Of a stretch of DNA of 64,000 nt, positions 58,278 to 64,000 are shown one piece after another. The stretch is from positions 5,216,001 to 5,280,000 of the forward strand of contig OZ245838.1 of assembly GCA_965228735.1 (NCBI GenBank), written 5' to 3'. Positions within the stretch are counted from its first letter, which is position 1; each line of letters opens with the position of its first letter. The position numbers and the translations under genes are program-made. Origin of the DNA: Planctomycetota bacterium. Its GTDB lineage: Bacteria > Planctomycetota > UBA1135 > UBA2386. The notes beneath the pieces were generated by a model. The model saw nothing but the letters and a program-made list of their open reading frames with translations. It was not told where the DNA came from and did not search any database.

Positions 58278-60470
58278 ATGAACCGCACTCATTCGATGGG
58301 CCGTCTCGGCCTGAGCGTCCTCGTGGTCGCGGCGATCGCGTTGCTCGGCGATCGTGCTCGGGCGCAATCGTCGCCGCAGGTCCTGGACGAGTTGCTCGCG
58401 CTGTTGCACGGCACGCCAGCCGACGCGTGGCAGGAGCGTGCGGATGCGATGCAGGATCGCATCGCGGCGGCGAAGAAGTCGGCCGCGACGTTGCGCAAGC
58501 AGGCCGCAGACAAAGCCAAGGCGGCCGCCGGTGAATCACAGGCGGCCGAGCGTTTGGGGCAGGAGATCAAGAAGCTCGAACAGCTGCGGAGCGCGCTGGC
58601 GAAACTCGAGTTCCGTGATCCGGCCGGCAGCGCCAAGAAGGTCACGACGGGACGCGGGCAGCTCGAGGTCGCGCTCGGAACCCTGCGGGACCTGCCGAGC
58701 TCGGCGTGGCAGGAGCGCATCGAGGCTGTTTCTAAGCGCATCGCCGCCCACGAGAGCGCGGCCAAGGAGCTCGAGGCGGCCGGCAAGGGACTGATCGCCA
58801 AGGCCGATGGGATGGCGAAGGAGGCCGATGCCCTGGCTGCGGAGATCGGCAAGCTCGAGCAGCTGCGCAAGCTCGTCGCGACGATCTCGCCCGAGCTGGT
58901 GGCGGTGACGAAGCCCGCGGAGAAGCCCGCGGAGAAGCCCGCGGAGAAGCCCGCGGAAGAGCCGGCGAAGAAGCCAGCGAAGAAGCCAGCGAAGAAGCCC
59001 GCCGCGAAGCCGGCGGAGAAGCCCGCGATCAAGGCGGACGCGAAGGCCAAGAAGGCGATGCAGGACGACGGCAAGGACGGCGCCATGCCGGCGCCGGCCA
59101 CGACGTCGCAGTCGGCCGCCAGCGATGGCCCTGACGACTTCGTCACCTACGACGATCACATGGTGCCGATCTTCGAGGCGCACTGCTACGACTGCCACGA
59201 CAGCGGTGACCCGTCGGGCGGACTCGACCTCACGAGCTTCGCGACGACGCTGCAGGGCGGTGGCTCGGGTCGCACTTTGCGCCCTGGTAGTCCGGACGAG
59301 AGCCGGCTCTTTCTGCTCGTCGCGCATCGTGAGACGCCGGTGATGCCGCGGGGCGAGCCCAAGCTCGCCAGAGAGAAGATCGAGCGGATTCGGGCCTGGA
59401 TCGAGCAGGGCGCGCCCAAGGACAAGGTGCAGGCCGCGAGCAAGAAGAAGGAGCGCGCGATCGCGGCGAAGCGCGCGGCCGCCGAAGCCGCTGCCCGCAA
59501 GGCCGCCGCCGTGCCGGTGCAGGCCATCATGCCGGGCGAACTGCCGAAGGTGCGCAAGGCGTATCCCGCGCGCCCGGGCGCGCTGCGGGCCGTCACTGCT
59601 GCGCCGGGCGCGCCGTTGCTCGCGGTGTCCGGCCTCGGTCAGGTTCTCCTGCTGCACCAGGAGCAGCTGCGCGAACTGGGAGTCCTCGAGTTCCCGTTCG
59701 GTCAGATCGCGACGCTCGAGTTCTCGCTCGACGGGACCGCCTTGCTGGCAACGGGCGGCGTCCCGGCCGACGGTGGCGGCGCGGTGCTCTTCGACGTCGC
59801 GACCGGCCGCGAGCTCGGGCGCTTCGCCAAACAGCGCGGTGCCGCGATGGCCGGCGCCGTCGCGCCGCGCGCCGACCTCGTCGCGATCGGCGGGCCGCGG
59901 AAGCGAATCGAGGTGTTCTCGGTCGACGACGGTGAGGAGATCTGGCGACAGGACCACGAGGACTGGGTCACGGCCGCGGCGTTCTCGCCCGACGGCAAGC
60001 TGCTCGCGACCGCCGACCGTCAGGGGTTCGTGCAGGTGCGCGAGGCCCGGACGGGTCGCGAGGTGCACTCGATGAAGGCCGGCGACGGGCTGCTCGCGGA
60101 TCTCGCGTTCTCGCCCGACAACGCGATGCTCGCGACCGTCACGGCCGATCGCGCGCTGTGCCTCTATCGCATGAGCGACGGTCGGCGGCTGCAACAGAAG
60201 CGCGACCATCGCGACGCCGTGCTGTGCCTCGCGTGGCGCGGCAAGTCGCGGCTGCTCACCAGCGGCGCGGATGGGCGCGTGTTCCATTGGCGGACCAACG
60301 GTCGGCGCGAGAAGGAACTGCCGCGCATCGACGAGTGGGTCTACGACCTCGCGCTGTCCGCCGACGGCAAGGCCGCGTTCACGGCGGACTGGCAGGGCCG
60401 GCTCACTGCGATCGATATCGAGTCGCGCAAGATCGTGCAGCAGATCAGCCCGCTGCTCGTCAGCCAGTAG
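58278..60470 (+). CDS. Coiled-coil + planctomycete cytochrome c + WD40 protein
   Basis: TYDDH..PIF...CYDCH, PGSPDESRL, MP...WIEQGA; WD40 repeats FSPDGK..AT. Confidence 0.88.
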   Translation: MNRTHSMGRLGLSVLVVAAIALLGDRARAQSSPQVLDELLALLHGTPADAWQERADAMQDRIAAAKKSAATLRKQAADKAKAAAGESQAAERLGQEIKKLEQLRSALAKLEFRDPAGSAKKVTTGRGQLEVALGTLRDLPSSAWQERIEAVSKRIAAHESAAKELEAAGKGLIAKADGMAKEADALAAEIGKLEQLRKLVATISPELVAVTKPAEKPAEKPAEKPAEEPAKKPAKKPAKKPAAKPAEKPAIKADAKAKKAMQDDGKDGAMPAPATTSQSAASDGPDDFVTYDDHMVPIFEAHCYDCHDSGDPSGGLDLTSFATTLQGGGSGRTLRPGSPDESRLFLLVAHRETPVMPRGEPKLAREKIERIRAWIEQGAPKDKVQAASKKKERAIAAKRAAAEAAARKAAAVPVQAIMPGELPKVRKAYPARPGALRAVTAAPGAPLLAVSGLGQVLLLHQEQLRELGVLEFPFGQIATLEFSLDGTALLATGGVPADGGGAVLFDVATGRELGRFAKQRGAAMAGAVAPRADLVAIGGPRKRIEVFSVDDGEEIWRQDHEDWVTAAAFSPDGKLLATADRQGFVQVREARTGREVHSMKAGDGLLADLAFSPDNAMLATVTADRALCLYRMSDGRRLQQKRDHRDAVLCLAWRGKSRLLTSGADGRVFHWRTNGRREKELPRIDEWVYDLALSADGKAAFTADWQGRLTAIDIESRKIVQQISPLLVSQ
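58911..59030 (+). repeat. Ten in-frame 12-bp tandem units (KPAE/KPAK linker)
   Basis: AAGCCCGCGGAG x3-4 followed by variants. Confidence 0.9.
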
Positions 60471-60481
60471 CGCCGGTGTCC

Positions 60482-62113
60482 TCAGCGATGCACGCCCGGC
60501 GCTTCGTTGCCGGTCTTGCCGACCCAGTCGACGTAGCTGCCGGGATACACCTGCGGCGGCGCGCCGTCCGCGCACGGGCTCACGTCGAGCACGCGGTTGG
60601 CGAGGCCACGCAAGAACGTGCGATCGTGCGACACGAACAGCATCGTGCCCGAGAAGTCGCTCAGGGTGCGGACCAGCATCTCTTTGGTCTCGAGGTCGAG
60701 ATGGTTGGTCGGCTCGTCGAGCACGAGGAAGTTGGGCGGATCGAACAGCATCAGCGCGAGCACGAGTCGCGACCGTTCGCCGCCGCTGAGGTTCTCGACC
60801 CGCTTGTCGTGGTCGTCACCGGAGAAGCCGAACGCGCCGAGCAGCGCGCGCTTCACGCCGATGGATTCGAGCGGGAACTCCTGGTCGACCTGCTCGAACA
60901 GCGTCAGTGACGGATCCAGCAGGTCGAGCGACTGCTGGGCGAAGTAGCCGAGCTTGACACTGCCGAGCTTGACCGTGCCGGCATCGGGTTCGAGATGGCC
61001 CGCGACGAGCTTGAGCAGCGTCGTCTTGCCCGAGCCGTTCTGGCCCATGACGCACCACCGTTCGCCACGCTGCACCTCGAAGTCGAAACCGTCGTAGACC
61101 GTCTTGTCGCCGTAGCCCTTGTGGATCCCGTGCAGCTTGACGATGTCGTCGCCGGAGCGCGGCGGCGTCTTGAACTGGAACGCCACGACCTCGCGGCGCT
61201 TCGGCGGCGCGAGCTTCTCGATCTTGTCGATCTTCTTCTGCTTGCTCTGCGCCTGCGCGGCCTTCGCGACGTGTGCGCCGAAGCGATCGATGAAGCGCTG
61301 CATCTTCGCGAGCGTCGCCTGTTGGCGCTCGAACGCGGCCTCCTTCTGCGCGGCGCGGATCTGCTGCTCCCGCATCATGAAGTCATAGTCGCCCGAGTAC
61401 GACACGAACTGGCCGTCGTCGACGTCGATGATCCGGTCGACGACGCGGTTCATGAAGTCGCGGTCGTGGCAGGTCATCAGGACGGCGGCCTTCGCCTGCT
61501 TCAAGAACTGCTCGAGCCAGAGGATCGACTCGATGTCGAGATGGTTGGTCGGCTCGTCGAGCAGCAGGACGTCGAACTTGCCGAGCAGCACCGTCGCCAT
61601 GCCGACGCGCATCTTCCAGCCGCCGGAGAGCGCGCCGACGTCACCGTCGATCTGCGCGTCGGTGAAGCCGAGACCGTGCAGCACCTCCTTCGCGCGGGCC
61701 TCGAGCTCGTAGCCGCCGAGGTCCTGATATCGCGCCTCGACCTCGCCGTAGCGCGCGAGGATGCGGTCGAGCTCGTCGGCCTTCTCGGGGTTGCCCATGT
61801 CGGCCTGCAGCTGCTCGAGCTCATGATGCAGTTCGCCGACCGCGCCGCTGCCCGCGATCGCCTCATCGAGCACGGAGCGCCCGCTCATGTCCCCGATGTC
61901 CTGCCGGAAGTAGCCAACGGTCGCGCGCTTCGGCAGCGCGACCTCGCCCTCGTCCGGCGGGTCCTCGCCGACGATCATGCGAAAGACGGTCGACTTGCCC
62001 GCGCCGTTCGGTCCGGTGAGTCCGACCTTCTCACCGGGGTTGAGCTGCAGCGCCGCGTCGACGAACAGCAACTGGTGGCCGTGGCGCTTGGAGATGCCGC
62101 TCAGGGTGATCAT
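60482..62113 (-). CDS. ABC-F family ATPase
   Basis: GPNGAGKST, LSGGWKMR, DEPTNHLD; second NBD GQNGSGKT, LSGGE; no transmembrane segments. Confidence 0.95.
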   Translation of the reverse strand: MITLSGISKRHGHQLLFVDAALQLNPGEKVGLTGPNGAGKSTVFRMIVGEDPPDEGEVALPKRATVGYFRQDIGDMSGRSVLDEAIAGSGAVGELHHELEQLQADMGNPEKADELDRILARYGEVEARYQDLGGYELEARAKEVLHGLGFTDAQIDGDVGALSGGWKMRVGMATVLLGKFDVLLLDEPTNHLDIESILWLEQFLKQAKAAVLMTCHDRDFMNRVVDRIIDVDDGQFVSYSGDYDFMMREQQIRAAQKEAAFERQQATLAKMQRFIDRFGAHVAKAAQAQSKQKKIDKIEKLAPPKRREVVAFQFKTPPRSGDDIVKLHGIHKGYGDKTVYDGFDFEVQRGERWCVMGQNGSGKTTLLKLVAGHLEPDAGTVKLGSVKLGYFAQQSLDLLDPSLTLFEQVDQEFPLESIGVKRALLGAFGFSGDDHDKRVENLSGGERSRLVLALMLFDPPNFLVLDEPTNHLDLETKEMLVRTLSDFSGTMLFVSHDRTFLRGLANRVLDVSPCADGAPPQVYPGSYVDWVGKTGNEAPGVHR

Positions 62114-62167
62114 CGGGGCGAGGACCATACCCGCGGCGGGGTCCGCCGAAAGCCTGGCGGTCCGGCA

Positions 62168-63358
62168 CTACCGACGAAGTCGACCGCGGGCGTTCTCGAG
62201 ATGTTCGCGGAAGGCCGGCAGCCGCGCGTCGCCGGCTTCGTCGGCGAGCTCGCAGGCCCGCGTGAATGCCGCGACGGCAGCTGCGACCTCATCGGCGGCC
62301 ATGAGTGCTTCGCCCAGGCTGTCGTGGCAGTTGGCGGAACGCGGATACGTCGCGGCGTTCCGCCGACACGCTGCGACAGCGGCCACTGTTTCGCCCTTCT
62401 GCAGCATCGCGTACGCCGCGCGATTGAGCATGCGCTCCGGGATCGGCACGTCGTAGCCGAAGCGTTCGGTCAGCTCGCGGAAGTGCCGCTCCAAGCGGGG
62501 CCAGTCACCGGCGTGGGCGATCGGCCACGCGCGCCACCCGGAGAACAGCCAGGTGAGACCGCGGTGCAGTCCGAGCTGATGGGAGTCGAAGTGGTCGCAG
62601 TCCCTGCACCGGCGGAACTCGCTTCGGATTCCGGTGGCGGTGGCTTTCGCGAGCGTGGTGACGAACCCGTCGATCGCGGCCAAGGTCTGCGGGCGCTCCC
62701 GCTGATCGCCGACGTTCAGGAAGAGGTTGACCGGCAACGATGTGCCGTCCTTCGCGATGCGCTCGAGGCGCTTCTGCATCGCGTTGTCCTGCCAGTAGAG
62801 CGATGGGCTGAGCGCGAGGTAGCTCTGGAACGACTCCGGCGCACTCAGCATCGCATGGACGCTCGTCAGGCCGCCGAGGGAATGCCCGATCAGGACTCGA
62901 TGGGGCGCACATCGGTACCGCGCCTCGATCAGCGGCGAGACCTCGGTGCGCAGGTGCTGAAGGTGAAGGTCGGCGCCCGCGGCCCGGTCCGGAGTCGGTT
63001 CCGTCGGCGGCACGTACTCTGCGGAGCGGTTCTGTGGCGCGACTCCGACGACGATCACCTCTGGCATCCGGTCGGCCCAATGCAGGTGGCGCACGGTACC
63101 GAAGGCCGCGTCGAAGTGGACGTCGCCGTCCAGCAGATAGAGGACCGGGTAGCTCACCGCCGAGACGCCGTACGAGGCCGGCAACCCGACTCGGACGCGG
63201 CGTGTGGTGCCGTAGAGCGAGGACCGGAACTCGAGCTGCGTTCCCAGCTCGATGACGGACTCGCGAACGACTGTCGGAGCGCCCTGCTGCGCGCGGCCCG
63301 CTGGGAGAGGGGCGGTGACGGCCAGGACGAGCAACCATCGGCTCAGGGGCTGGTTCAT
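62168..63358 (-). CDS. Secreted alpha/beta hydrolase (IroE/esterase-like) with C-terminal TPR
   Basis: YPVLYLLDG, GHSLGG, SPSLYW; YPRSAN.HDSLGEA. Confidence 0.88.
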   Translation of the reverse strand: MNQPLSRWLLVLAVTAPLPAGRAQQGAPTVVRESVIELGTQLEFRSSLYGTTRRVRVGLPASYGVSAVSYPVLYLLDGDVHFDAAFGTVRHLHWADRMPEVIVVGVAPQNRSAEYVPPTEPTPDRAAGADLHLQHLRTEVSPLIEARYRCAPHRVLIGHSLGGLTSVHAMLSAPESFQSYLALSPSLYWQDNAMQKRLERIAKDGTSLPVNLFLNVGDQRERPQTLAAIDGFVTTLAKATATGIRSEFRRCRDCDHFDSHQLGLHRGLTWLFSGWRAWPIAHAGDWPRLERHFRELTERFGYDVPIPERMLNRAAYAMLQKGETVAAVAACRRNAATYPRSANCHDSLGEALMAADEVAAAVAAFTRACELADEAGDARLPAFREHLENARGRLRR

Positions 63359-63371
63359 GGCGCGCATGATA

Positions 63372-63407
63372 TGCTACAAAAGTAGCAGGATGCTAAAATC
63401 TGAGCAT
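63372..63407. promoter_or_regulatory. Tandem palindromic operators, probable BlaI-type boxes
   Basis: TGCTAC-AAAA-GTAGCA and ATGCT-N8-AGCAT between the divergent esterase and BlaI genes. Confidence 0.65.
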
Positions 63408-63469
63408 GGCGATGTTCCCGAGCTGCTCTGTCGAGGTCTTCGACCGGTAACATCAGGGCCCTCCTTGCC

Positions 63470-63853
63470 ATGCCAGACGCCAGTAACCTGAGCCGCCGAG
63501 AGCGTCAGATCATGGACGCGATCTTCGAACTCGGTCGCGCGACCGTCGCGGAGGTCCGTGAACACATGCCAGAGCCGCCGAGTTACTCGGCCGTCCGCGC
63601 GATGGTCGTTCGTCTCGAGCAGAAGGGGCACCTCAAGCACGCCGAGCAGGGTCCGCGCTATGTCTACTCGCCGGTCGTTCGCCTCGCGCGTGCCCGGGAG
63701 TCGGCGACCCGCCGGCTCTTGTCGACGTTCTTCGAGGGCTCGACGGTCAAGGCGGTCAGCGCGATGCTCGACATGTCGGGCGACAAGCTGGATCCGAAGG
63801 AGTTCGACGAGCTCGCCCGCTTGATCGAAGAGGCGCGCCGCGCAGGTCGATGA
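63470..63853 (+). CDS. BlaI/MecI/CopY family repressor
   Basis: LSRRERQIMD, SYSAVRA..RLEQKG, RYVYSP, FFEGS. Confidence 0.93.
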   Translation: MPDASNLSRRERQIMDAIFELGRATVAEVREHMPEPPSYSAVRAMVVRLEQKGHLKHAEQGPRYVYSPVVRLARARESATRRLLSTFFEGSTVKAVSAMLDMSGDKLDPKEFDELARLIEEARRAGR

Positions 63854-64000
63854 TCGAGTTCCTGCTCACGGCCACCGGGTTGCTCGGACTCGGCTTCGTC
63901 GCCGCCTGGCTCTGCCGAGACCGTTCGGCGGCCACGCGGCACGCGATCTGGGGCGGTGTCTTCCTGGGGATCATCGCGTTGCCGCTGGCGACGCTCGTGA
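63850..64000 (+). CDS. BlaR1/peptidase M56 family protein N-terminus, truncated by the window edge
   Basis: ATGA overlap with BlaI; RSAATRHAIW motif and hydrophobic helices. Confidence 0.75.
   Translation, partial: MIEFLLTATGLLGLGFVAAWLCRDRSAATRHAIWGGVFLGIIALPLATLV

Noticed and set aside
58911..59030. CRISPR or non-coding repeat
   Set aside because: In-frame 12-bp coding repeats without spacers

Overview
High-GC bacterial DNA, most likely Planctomycetota (DUF1501, DUF1549/DUF1553 and planctomycete cytochrome-c/WD40 operon; DUF1080). All family assignments are by eye and from memory; no searches were run. The first ~21.6 kb is a stack of mobile DNA accreted at a tRNA-Pro(GGG) site. (i) 1-6919 is the right end of an island carrying an RHS toxin with a CdiA-CT(EC869-o11)-like nuclease tip and its CdiI-like immunity gene; it ends in a tRNA-Pro 3' half. 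(ii) A ~13.6-kb element (6912-20525) is bounded by the 11-bp direct repeat TCCGACCATTC. It encodes a large serine recombinase (LSR), two paralogous ribbon-helix-helix proteins, a type I R-M system, a ParA-led three-gene operon, a small tyrosine recombinase, a putative HUH rolling-circle Rep and a HEPN protein. (iii) A ~1-kb one-gene (SDR) cassette ends in a third copy of the repeat. The most striking signal is that the att core lies inside the LSR reading frame. The integrated gene ends ...NGRSERI*, using tRNA sequence, while a conserved in-frame tail ending in a ClpXP-like -LLAA degron is stranded at the far end of the element and again at the end of the mini-cassette. The remainder looks like core genome: ars operon, ggt, selO, a hybrid kinase, hydroxyproline genes, a C25-like protein, ArsR plus a His-rich metal-binding protein, a double-length UvrA, an ECF41 module with a consensus promoter, the planctomycete DUF1501 operon, ABC-F and BlaI/BlaR. 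No CRISPR array, rRNA or intact tRNA was found.
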